This document shows positions 9,980 to 20,078 of a DNA stretch of 64,000 bases, piece by piece. The notes below the pieces were generated by a model. That model did not search any database and was not told where the DNA came from. It worked only from the letters and a program-made list of their open reading frames with translations. Numbering within the stretch: the stretch's first letter is position 1; each line of letters opens with the position of its first letter. Origin of the DNA: Candidatus Latescibacterota bacterium (GTDB lineage Bacteria > Latescibacterota > CBDEFO01); the NCBI GenBank assembly GCA_965237525.1, contig CBDEFO010000008.1:736001-800000 (forward strand), in the 5' to 3' direction. Both the position numbers and the translations under genes were made by a program.

Positions 9980-12247
9980 CTATGACTTGCCTGCCTGCCG
10001 AAGGTGGTAGAGACGCGCTTGAAAGTCACGTCTGAGTTTGACTTCAAAAGTCCGTTTTTCCGCATCCAAACGAGACACGATCTGGTCGCTGAAAAGATCA
10101 ACCACCTCCAGACTGGCCCGGCCCGGTACCGTTACCTTCACCCGCGCGCCTCCAGGTGAGTAGTCCGAGACAAGTAACACACTTTCGTCACCCTGTTTCC
10201 TTGCAAGCAGATTCGCTGATTCAGTATCGGCGGCGTATCCAGTCTGAAGCTCTCCGTCTAGAATGATGTCCTCAACGGGGGCAAGCATTCTGATCGCCTC
10301 AGCCATATCCACCAGATGACCGGTAGTCATCCCGATGTCATAATTCCAGGCGACAAAGCCCCTTGCACCACCCATCACGGTTTCAAGTACCTGGGAACGT
10401 ACATCGCCAGGCAGACTGCCTAGATATCCCGGCGCCAGGCAGACCACCAGCTTCCCGCCACTAATTGGTGCAATCTTGGCAACTTCTTGGCGGACGCCGT
10501 CCCCATCCAGATAGATCATGGGTGAAATAAAATCCAGAGCCCCGCTCAAGGCCTCAATTGAAGACAGACCCACCAACATCTCCTCCCCTGTGAACGCCCC
10601 CAACTCGGGCTCAGGCGTCGTCTTCACACCGGATTCCTCCACTGCTTTATGGAACACCTGCCGCAGTATGCCAAACCGCTCGGCCACCAGATCACAGCGA
10701 AATCTCAACCATGCCTCGTAGTGCTCCGGATACTTGTGCGCCCGCTTGAAGAACTCCTTAGGGGGAATACCGGCCAAGGGGGGCTTGTGCTGGTCCACCC
10801 ACTCTTTCCAACGTTTCATACAACGGTCGTCGAAACAGATGACCGGGCCAACGCCAGACATCAGGTAAAGCTCGTCGTCCAGATTCACCGCGGAAGTTCT
10901 GCTAGCAGTTTCTCTCAGGCGTTCCAGCCATGGGTTCGTCTTGAAACCCGGACCCCGATATGACGGACACATCACCTTTGTACGTTCTCCATTCAATGCG
11001 ACAGCGACTGACTCAGGGTATTTTTCCGCATCCACGGAAAAGCTGCCTCCGTAGGAGGAGGCTCCCTCCACGCCCATTGTGGCATAGGGTCGAGGATCCC
11101 CGCCCCATAGCTGTAAGCGGTTGAAGCCCAAGTGCTTCATGTCCCGGACCATAGCCTCCCGCCCGTCGAGGCCAGGTTTGAAGTTCTCCCAATTCAGGTA
11201 AGCAGCCCCGTAGACATCAAGTGCAGTGACGATTCGTCTCGGCGCGGTGACCTTCGGTAGTACCACTCCTTCGAACACGACTGGCCTCGGAAGTTGATAG
11301 CCTCCCTTCCACTCGTAGTAGACGTAACCGATTGCCCGCTCGCCCGGCTCCAGGTCGGACTCGATCAGCAACTGGCCCTCGCCAGGCCCCGTATGCAGCT
11401 CGAGGTACATGCCGCCCCGGGCATCCACACCGCCCGATAGATCTGTCACCTCTGGGGGCCTCTTCCCTCCGCCATGAGGTCGCAGCTTAAGGAAGCGAAT
11501 GCCCGCCGGCAGCCACAACGAGATCCTCCCCTCAGGCGCATTGGCGTCCATACGGCCACTGATATAGAACGGGTTCGGGAAGTTGCGGGCTACCCTGCTG
11601 ACGTCATCATTCTGGTTGGCGTACCCATACTGTCCCTTCGCAGGGTCCGAGGAAGGACCGTACCGTGCCGGGTTACGATGGTATCCCGGCAACCGGTGGT
11701 AGCCAACAGCTTCTACTAGGCTTATTTCATGCACAACCGGCTCGCTTAAGAGCAGCTCGCCGCTCCAAGCACCACCGCCTATCGATAATGTCAGCCGCTC
11801 ACTGTCCCCCGAGTGATCATACGCTCGTATCATGCGCCATCCGGATTTCGGCCTGTGATACAAATCCATGAAGTACCGCCACCCGCCACTCTTACGGCCA
11901 CCTTTCAAAGACATGCCAACAACGGACGGATACATTCCGTCGCTCTTAACCCACACCTCGGCCACATACCACCGCCAGGGCCGAACAGCGAACTTTTGGT
12001 CGATGCCCGATGAACTCCGTTCGTCATTGTAAATGCGTACGGCGCTAGTTCCCGGGAGAGGCCCTTCTACAACGGTGCACTCGTTCATCTCTCCCTCAGC
12101 CAGCTCCACTCTCCAGACGAAACTCTCCTGGCCCGGTTTGCCCTGGCTGAAATCGCTGTTTACAAGCAGGTTCCCGTCATTGTCGGCGGCAGCAACCGGG
12201 GCCAGACCCAGAATCAACATCACCATCCAGAGAATCTTCATAGCCAT
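9980..12247 (-). CDS. Array copy A4 (intact, second subfamily)
   Basis: Start placed at MAMKILW (12247) after GAGGAG RBS; shares N- and C-terminal blocks with A1-A3. Confidence 0.8.
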   Translation of the reverse strand: MAMKILWMVMLILGLAPVAAADNDGNLLVNSDFSQGKPGQESFVWRVELAEGEMNECTVVEGPLPGTSAVRIYNDERSSSGIDQKFAVRPWRWYVAEVWVKSDGMYPSVVGMSLKGGRKSGGWRYFMDLYHRPKSGWRMIRAYDHSGDSERLTLSIGGGAWSGELLLSEPVVHEISLVEAVGYHRLPGYHRNPARYGPSSDPAKGQYGYANQNDDVSRVARNFPNPFYISGRMDANAPEGRISLWLPAGIRFLKLRPHGGGKRPPEVTDLSGGVDARGGMYLELHTGPGEGQLLIESDLEPGERAIGYVYYEWKGGYQLPRPVVFEGVVLPKVTAPRRIVTALDVYGAAYLNWENFKPGLDGREAMVRDMKHLGFNRLQLWGGDPRPYATMGVEGASSYGGSFSVDAEKYPESVAVALNGERTKVMCPSYRGPGFKTNPWLERLRETASRTSAVNLDDELYLMSGVGPVICFDDRCMKRWKEWVDQHKPPLAGIPPKEFFKRAHKYPEHYEAWLRFRCDLVAERFGILRQVFHKAVEESGVKTTPEPELGAFTGEEMLVGLSSIEALSGALDFISPMIYLDGDGVRQEVAKIAPISGGKLVVCLAPGYLGSLPGDVRSQVLETVMGGARGFVAWNYDIGMTTGHLVDMAEAIRMLAPVEDIILDGELQTGYAADTESANLLARKQGDESVLLVSDYSPGGARVKVTVPGRASLEVVDLFSDQIVSRLDAEKRTFEVKLRRDFQARLYHLRQAGKS

Positions 12248-12628
12248 CTCCTCTTTCTTCCTGTGTGAATGCCGGTTACATTTGAAAATCCATCCCCCGA
12301 TAGAATCATTCGGGGACAGGACTTTCGGCAAGCCGATTACCAACAACTGAGACCATAGCAGAGATCAGCCGCCAATCGACGCTTCCCGGCGGAAGCAATC
12401 CCCGATAGAGTCATTCGGGGACAGGCACAACTGTCGCGCCGAGATCCCTGCCTACGTGATCTTAACATCGTGCTTGACGCTTACTTCGATCAGATTCTAG
12501 CCGAGGCTGATGGCGTCCGGGGGCACGTCATAAACTCCCCCGTCACGGCTGAGGCTCTTCCCATCCGGATGCTCTGACGTGTTCGGCTTCGGAAAGGTTT
12601 GGCCATGGGCTAACCTCCAAAATAAGTG

Positions 12629-14907
12629 CTATGAGTTATCTGCTGGCCGAAGGTGGTAGAGACGTGCTTGAAAGTCACGTCTGAGTTTGACTTCAAAAGT
12701 CCGTTTTCTCGCATCCAAACGAGCCACCACCTCATCGGTGAAAAGATCAACCACCTCCAGACTGGCCTGCCCCGGTACCGTTACCTTAGTCCGCGCACCT
12801 CCAGGTGAGTAGTCCGAGACAAGTAAGACAGTTTCGTCACCCTGTTTCCTTGCAAGCAGATTCGCCGATTCAGCGTCAGCGGCGTATCCAGGCTGAAGCT
12901 CGCCGTCTAGAATGATGTCCTCAACGGGGGAAAACATCTTGATGGCCTCGGACATATCCGCCAGGTGACCCGTAGTCATCGGACCGATGTCATAGTTCCA
13001 GGCGACGAAGCCCCTTGCACCACCCATCACGGTTTCAAGTACCTGCGACCTGGCGTCACCGGGCGGACTATTGTCATATCCCGGCGCCAGGCAGACCACC
13101 AGCTTCCCGCCACTAACTGGCGCTATCTCAGCAACTTCTTGGCGGACGCCGTCCCCATCCAGATAGATCATGGGTGAAATAAAATCCAGAGCCCCGCTCA
13201 AGGCCTCAATTGAAGACAGACCCACCAACATCTCCTCGCCTGTGAACGCCCCCAACTCCGGCTCGCGCGTCGTCTTCACACCGGATTCCTCCACTGCTTC
13301 ATGGAACACCTGCCGCAGTATGCCAAACCGCTCGGCCACCAGATCACAGCGAAATCTCAACCATGCCTCGTAGTGCTCCGGATAGTTGTGCGCCCGCTTG
13401 AAGAACTCCTTAGGGGAAATACCGGCCAGGCCAGGCCTGTGCTCGCCCACCCACTCTTTCCAACGTTTCATACAACGGTCGTCGAAACAGATGACCGGGC
13501 CAACGCCAGACATCAGGTAAACCTCGTCGTCCAGATTCACCGCGGAAGTTCTGCTAGCAGTTTCTCTCAGGCGCTCCATCCATGGGTTCGTCTTGAAACC
13601 CGGACCCCGATATGACGGGCACATCACCTTCGTACGTTCTCCGTTCAATGCGACAGCGACTGACTCAGGGTATTTTTCCGCATCCACGGAAAAGCTCCCT
13701 CCGTAGGAGACGGCACCCTCTACACCCATTCTGGCATAGGGTCGAGCATCCCCACCCCATAGCTGTAACCGGTTGAAGCCCAAACGTTTCATGTCCCGGA
13801 CCATAGCCTCCCGCCCGTCCAGGCCAGGTGTGAAGTTCTCCCAATTCAGGTAAGCAGCCCCGTAGACATCAAGTGCAGTGACGATTCGCCTCGGCGCAGT
13901 GACCTTCGGCAGTTCTACCCCTTCAAATGCAACCGGCCTCGGAAGCTGATAGCCGCCGTTCCACTCGTAATAGACGTACCCCGTCGCCCGCTCGCCCGGC
14001 TCCAGGTCGGACTCGACCAGCAGGTTGGTCTCGCCAGGGCCAGTATGCAGCTCGAGGTACATGCCGCCCCGGGCATCCACACCGCCCGATAGATCTGTCA
14101 CTTTTGGGGGCCTCTTACCTCCGCCATGAGGTCGCAGTTTAAGGAAGCGAATGCCCGCCGGCAGCCACAATGAGACCCTTCCCTCAGGGTCTTCAGGGTC
14201 CGGTATGTCCATCGAGATCCGCAACGCATTCGGGAAGTCCCGAGCTAATCGGCTGACGTCCCTTCGCAGGAAGGCATACCCGGGCAGTCCCTTCTCAGGA
14301 TCGATGGGAGGACCGGACCATATGCTGGATGGCGGTCGGCTGGTTTGGGGTGGTACGAGAGCGCTTCCACCTGGCTGCACTCACGGACGACCGGTTCGCT
14401 TAAGAGCAGCTCGCCGCTCCAGCCGCATCACCGCCTATCCATAGTGTCAGCCGCTCACTGTCCCCCGAGTGATCGTACACCCGTATCATGCGCCATCCTG
14501 ATTTCGGCCTGTGATAAAGATCCATGTAGTACCGCCACCCGCCACGCCTTACGGCCACCTTTTAAAGAGAAGCCAACTACGGAAGGATACATCCCGTCGC
14601 TCTTAACCCACACCTCGGCGACATACCACCGCCAGGGTCTAACAGCCACATTCCTGACTGATGCCCGATGAACTCCTTTCGTCATTGTAAATACGTACTG
14701 CGCTAAGTTTCCAGGCTGGTGCCCTTCTACCACGGTGCACTCGTTCTTCTCTCCCTCAGCCAGCTCCACCGTCCAGCCGAAACTCTCCTCGCTCGGATTG
14801 CCCTGGCTGAAATCGCTGTTCACAAGCAAGTTCCCGTTAAAATCGGCGGCAGAAATTCGGGCCAGACCCAGAATCACCATCACCATCAAGAGAATCTCCA
14901 TAGCCAT
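12629..14907 (-). pseudogene. Array copy A5, several frameshifts in the 5' 600 bp (pseudogene or sequencing errors)
   Basis: ORFs 14455-14997 and 12629-14380 are two parts of an A4-like gene; homology to A4 switches frame repeatedly between ~14370 and ~14710. Confidence 0.7.
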
Positions 14908-15061
14908 CTCCTTTTTCTTCCTGTATGAATGCCGGTTACGTTTGAAAATCCATCCCCCGATAGAATCATTCGGGGACAGGACTTTCCCCAAACCCATCCC
15001 AACAACTGAAACTCTAGGGTAGATCGCCCGCCTATGGAAGCTTCCCCGCGTTGCATGAAAC

Positions 15062-16669
15062 CTATCGCACCGAGATCTCTACCCACGTGATCTTGACATC
15101 TTCCTCGGGGTTCACTTCGATCAGATTGTAGCCGTCGCTGAGGGACTCCGGGGGCACGTCATATACGTGGCGGCGCGGCTCAGGCTCTTTCCATCCGGAC
15201 GCTTTGACGTGTTCGGCTTCGACAAGTCCCGACCATGGACAGGGGATGCCGTTGAGACGTACGTCCAGCGGCTGATCCTGTTCCGGCACCACCAGCTCAA
15301 TCCGGGCGTTCTGTTGTGAGAGTGGTTTCGGTCCGATGTGAAGGCGGAAGACACCGTGCGTGCCGGCGTAAGGGAGCGACCTGGCTTCACCCGGCTCACC
15401 CTCCGCCCAGGGGTTCATGATGGTGATCGCATGCCGCCGCGGCCCAGCGCGAAGCTCTGCATAGGACCCTGCGTCCCTCAGCAGCTCGTCGTGGTCCTCG
15501 CGCGGCCAGCCATACGGTCCCGTAAAGAGATTGAAGAAGTATACCGCGTCGGCCCCGCGGTGCAGAGCGCTCACCAATACCCCGCGCATCTCCTCATGCG
15601 TCATCGTACGACGCCCGCTGTCGCCCGAATTGATCCCGTCCTCCAGATGCACCGCGACGGCGACGTCCGTACCGATGAGCAGACCTTTCCAGGTCTCGAT
15701 AGGCATGTCACTATCGACGGAGAACCAAAACGATCCGGACACGATCAGGTCCACGAGCCCTCTCTTGGCCCAGGGATCGCATCCAATCCGTGCCTGCGGG
15801 CGATCCACGGAGTTGTAGGTACGCGCACGGCGAGTTCGACGGGATGCCCCAATCGCTTCGCGGCCCCTTCTGTCGCCTGCCGCGCCTGCTCCACAAAAGC
15901 TGTCATCAGCTTCGCACCTTCGTGCTCGCTGCCGGCGCGAAAGTAGAGCCAGAAACGCAGAAAATCCAGTTCCAGACCGTCCAGATCGTAGCGGGAACAC
16001 ACCTCCCGGACGAGTTTCATATAGTGCTCACGCACCTCGGGCTGTTCGTAGTCCAGGCCATATGCAAGGCGCCATTCCGGATGTGACTTCCAGATCGTGC
16101 TGTGGGCCGGATGATCCGCGAGATGGGGGTTGTGGTCGTCGTTCATTCGCAGCGAGATCCACGCCTTTACTTGGTTTCGTCGCGCACGGTCGATCATTCT
16201 CTTCGGGTAGTCGCATCCCTGCTCGTGAAGCGCCAGCATGTTCTTGAACCACCCCGTCTCGAACCTGCGTTTCGGGTCAAGTCCCGCGAAGAACGCCTGG
16301 TCGTCACCGAGATTCGGGTCGTAGCCGTCCCAATATGATTCCCACACATCGCTCCGGTAGTTGGTGCGCTTTGCGTTGACGTTGACGAAGAGATCGGTGA
16401 TTCCGAGTGCAGCGTGCGTGTCCACGAACTTGTCGATCGTATCGGGGACAATGGGACCGAACGTCCCCATAAAGAACTGAGTGCAGTCCAGGTTGTAGAT
16501 GACCTTCCCTCGGGCAGCATTAGCATCATTCATCTCGGCTTCTCCTGTGGAATCACTGTTTGCAAGCAGGTTGCCGTCATTGTCGGAGGCGGCAACACCG
16601 GCCAGATCCCCGATAGAGTCATTCGGGGACAGGCCCAGAATCAACATCCCCATCCACTACACTCTTCAT
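15062..16669 (-). pseudogene. Glycosyl hydrolase-like 10 (GHL10-type) TIM-barrel protein, frameshifted near 15780 (gene B)
   Basis: ORF 15745-16653 has VIYNLD, WISLRMND, DYEQPEVREH, RYDLDGLELDFLR; continues in ORF 15062-16000 (WAKRGLVDLIV...GADAVYFFN). Confidence 0.7.
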
Positions 16670-16696
16670 GGCCAACTCCTCTTTCTTCCTGTATTA

Positions 16697-18033
16697 GAAG
16701 CCTTGTGAAATAGTTATGTCCCAGGCAGCGTGAAGCGCCGAATGGGTCAAAGAGTAGCATATCGTATCCTGTGGAATAAGCAAAATAGTCTTATCATCAG
16801 CAAGGAATAGGAGCTGTTTGAAGAACAGGATGCACTGTCTTTGACAGACAGGGCACACATAGACGCTTTCCCCCTTCTTATTACAAGCCTCTTGAGATTC
16901 TGTACTGTTGCAACAAGATTCAACTGAAGTGAGGCTGGTCCTCTATCGGGCTCGTCCCATACCGTGTTGTTGCCTGGCCAGCAAAGATATGTTCACTGCG
17001 TTTACGGAGTCTCCGGGAGAGTTTGTGTCAGCTGTTAATGAGATAGACCGTGCAATTTCTGGCTTTCGCCTCTCGATCCCGTTCGGCCTGCTGGATTTGT
17101 CTTGTTTTTCCATGTAGGAATCGGTTCAATCTTCTCATCGGCTCGCAGAGGAATATGGGGTATGATTCCCCGGTCAAGTACATCAGCGATAAAATAGAAG
17201 TAACCGGTATGCACTAAGTGTCATGTCTTTGGGCATGGGTATGTTTAGATCTTAAGGGCACTTTCGGGCTCTGCTGTCCCTGTCGCCTCGGGCAAGGGTT
17301 AGTCGATCAGATCATGGCCCATAAACATCGATTTGCTGTATAAGCGCGCGTCGGGGTCTGTAGTCGAACGGTGTGTTTGGTTCGTCCACTTTTCCTTTAT
17401 CCTGAGGATGGACCTAATCACCTTCAAAACCGATTCCCTTGAGATAATCATCAAGAGAAACAGGGGGTTCTATCGGCTCAATACTTTTCACTGAAGCATC
17501 AGCTTGTATCTGAGTGCCGTCGACACTAAGGTGTTTACCGCTCACAAGACCAACATCTATGCAACACTGGACTACCTGATGCATTATCCGTTCAAACAAC
17601 CCACTGGATGCCCACTTGGATTGCGAAGCTTGTTGATCGTGCTCCGATCCGGAACCGCATCCTCAAATGCCTGATCAACCGATATGCCGCATGCATTTTA
17701 ACTTCCTGACAAAGACTATTCTCACTCAAATTATACAGATAGCCAACAAGGATCATTCGAACAACTAATTCAGGATCAATACCGGGTCTGCCATTGTCAG
17801 GGCAATAACAATCTGATACAACGTCTCGTACAAATGAAAAATCAACTGCCTCATCAATCTGACGAAGGATATGATCCTCGGGAACTAAATCCTTTGAAAA
17901 TAGTGAAACATCGGATTTGTCTGTTCCTGCTTTCGTGGGGTCATTGTTTCCTCCTATCAATAACATAATATAATACATCGGAGCTGCTTTATCAATGCTT
18001 GTTTTATACTATTTTCTGAATCCACAAGGCTTT
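16697..18033 (-). mobile_element. Degraded IS1182-family element (copy 1)
   Basis: Reverse-complement match to elements at 32825 and 43163 with many small deletions; ends GAAGCCTTGTGAAA / CACAAGGCTTT flanked by TA; interrupts the upstream region that gene B shares with the array genes. Confidence 0.85.
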
Positions 18034-18237
18034 TAATGACGATTACGTTTGAAAATCTATCCTGTCGGCAAGCCCATTGCCAAGAATTGAAATTCTAGCA
18101 GAAATCACCTGCCCCATCAACGCTTCCCTGCGGAGGCAATCCCCGATAAACTCATTCGAGGACAAATCTCGGTTATAGCAGACCGTTTGTAGGGGCTGGG
18201 TTAGAGTCCTCGGGCGAGTGAACCTCGCCCCTACATT

Positions 18238-18481
18238 TTACGGTGATAATCCTGCAATATCGCCTCTATTGCAGGAAGGTGCGCAGGGTAACCCCCTACT
18301 CAAAGGGGCATATTTGGATCTCCTAAAGTAGCCGAGGAGACTTCTTCTGGGCACGAGGTACTGTTTCCCTGGCCTGTAGGCTGTTACCAATCCGTAGTGT
18401 ATCAATTGACGCAGGTAGCCTTTCTGAGCACCTTAAGAACTTGGCTGCCTCTTTGACTGTAAGCATGTCCTGGTTATCCAT
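18238..18481 (-). pseudogene. Excisionase-like HTH_17 DNA-binding protein, 1-nt frameshift
   Basis: Manual translation MDNQDMLTVKEAAKFLRCSE then, in +1 frame, YLRQLIHYGLVTAYRPGKQYLVPRRSLL; GGAGG RBS upstream. Confidence 0.55.
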
Positions 18482-18904
18482 CTTTTCCTCCTTTTGAATA
18501 CGCGAGTTTCTCTTTCGTCATCGGTTATAACTTTATCGTTTTTTTGCCGAGTAAGTTGTGACATAGGTGACATTACAAAGAAAAGACACAACAAGGCTGT
18601 CCGATGTCAATCGTAACAGTGCAGAGGTTTGTCTATCAGGATAGTTAGGATAGTTTGCAGTAAAGTTTTCTATATTAGAAAAAAATATTTTTTTAGAAAG
18701 TTATGGGTAAACCCTCCTAACTATCCTGCAAAAGACCCAGCCCTATGTAGTAGATGTTCCCACCGACCCTTTTTTTGACAAACCTTTCTTCCATACGTCT
18801 TCCAAACCTTGTACTGTTTGCCGGCCTGTGTCCGTTTTCTTCGCACCATTGTGTGAAATCTTTGTATAGCGGTCCTGCCTGTGCCTTTTGCTCCGGGCCT
18901 CCAG

Positions 18905-19099
18905 GGATCCGTCATAGACGTGTCGGCGCGGCTGAGGCTCTTTCCATCCTGACGCTTTAACGTGTTCGGCTTCGGCTAGTCCCGACCATGAGCAGGGGAT
19001 GCCGTTGACACGCACCTCCAGCGGCTGATCGTGGTCATGCATGTCGTCGAGAATCAGAAAGCCCTGAACATCAACGAGGTAGATTTCCAGTTCAGTCAT
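18905..19099 (-). pseudogene. Chimeric gene fragment: short unrelated 5' piece fused to a copy of the gene B 3' region
   Basis: DQPLEVRVNGIPCSWSGLAEAEHVKASGWKEPQPRRHVYD matches gene B C-terminus (15160-15280). Confidence 0.6.
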
Positions 19100-19543
19100 G
19101 TTATTTCCTGTGAGGGCATACTCCTACCCCGCGTCCACCCAGAACGGCGAGGACCACGCCAACAAGGTGAACTTGGCCAAGACGTTGCTCAGACATGCTA
19201 TCTTGTCTGCTTTGAAAGCTTGATAGTGCCGAAAGGAAGTAGCAATGGTGCAAGCAATATGCCAGTATCTCAGGGCGAAGGCGTTATATCGTTCCGGCAG
19301 AAAGGTCGCCCCTGTACCTGACAGAGACGAGGCCGGCAACTCAATATTGGTGTCTCAAGACGATTCTGGTCGTCGGCCCTGATAACGACTCTGTGTGCAC
19401 GGAGGACTGCGGGCCAGATAAGAGGATGCTACGAATTGGGAGGTCAGGCTTACTACTGAGGGTTCTATCACCAGGCGGGCCTTCGATCTGGACACGATTT
19501 CATTTTTTGTGCAGGCTTGCAGTGAATCCTTGCACAAGATCTC

Positions 19544-20047
19544 TTAAAGTACTTGAATGGAGTCCCCTACACGTATGACTCCGGACTTCACTACACGGGC
19601 ACAGATACCGCCTCGCGTCCGTCCCAGGGCTTTCGTCATACCTTTCTGGGTAATCCCCTGAATGTAGCTGCACGGTGGGCGGGGACAATCATATTCCAGT
19701 ACGGCCTCTCCGACGGCAAATTGCTTACCCCTGAGCTTCTCAAGGCGAACACACTGCGTGACAATGTTGCGTCGGTGTTGACCGTTGGCAATCTGAATAT
19801 CGCTCTCCTTCCTAATCGATTCGATATCTTCCTTTTCGATCAAAGTAACCTGGCATTCATCGACCCCAGACCAGTATCCCGTCCGTCTCATATAGCGATC
19901 CCCATAGAGGCCACAGTCGACCACGGCTTCAACCTGCTCCACCCTTTCCATAGGGTCGCCGCCATTGGGGGCAATATAGATCTCCTCAACGACGCTATTC
20001 ATACCTAAATTGCCTGCGAGCGCTTGGGTCACAGTTAGCAGCGCCAT
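19544..20047 (-). CDS. MOSC domain protein
   Basis: GLYGDRY, QVTLIEKE, HRRNIVT, CPRPPCSY, RGGICARVVKSGVIRVGD motifs; start may be 20002. Confidence 0.85.
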   Translation of the reverse strand: MALLTVTQALAGNLGMNSVVEEIYIAPNGGDPMERVEQVEAVVDCGLYGDRYMRRTGYWSGVDECQVTLIEKEDIESIRKESDIQIANGQHRRNIVTQCVRLEKLRGKQFAVGEAVLEYDCPRPPCSYIQGITQKGMTKALGRTRGGICARVVKSGVIRVGDSIQVL

Positions 20048-20078
20048 TCACCTAAAGATCTCCCAGATTTTCTAGAGC

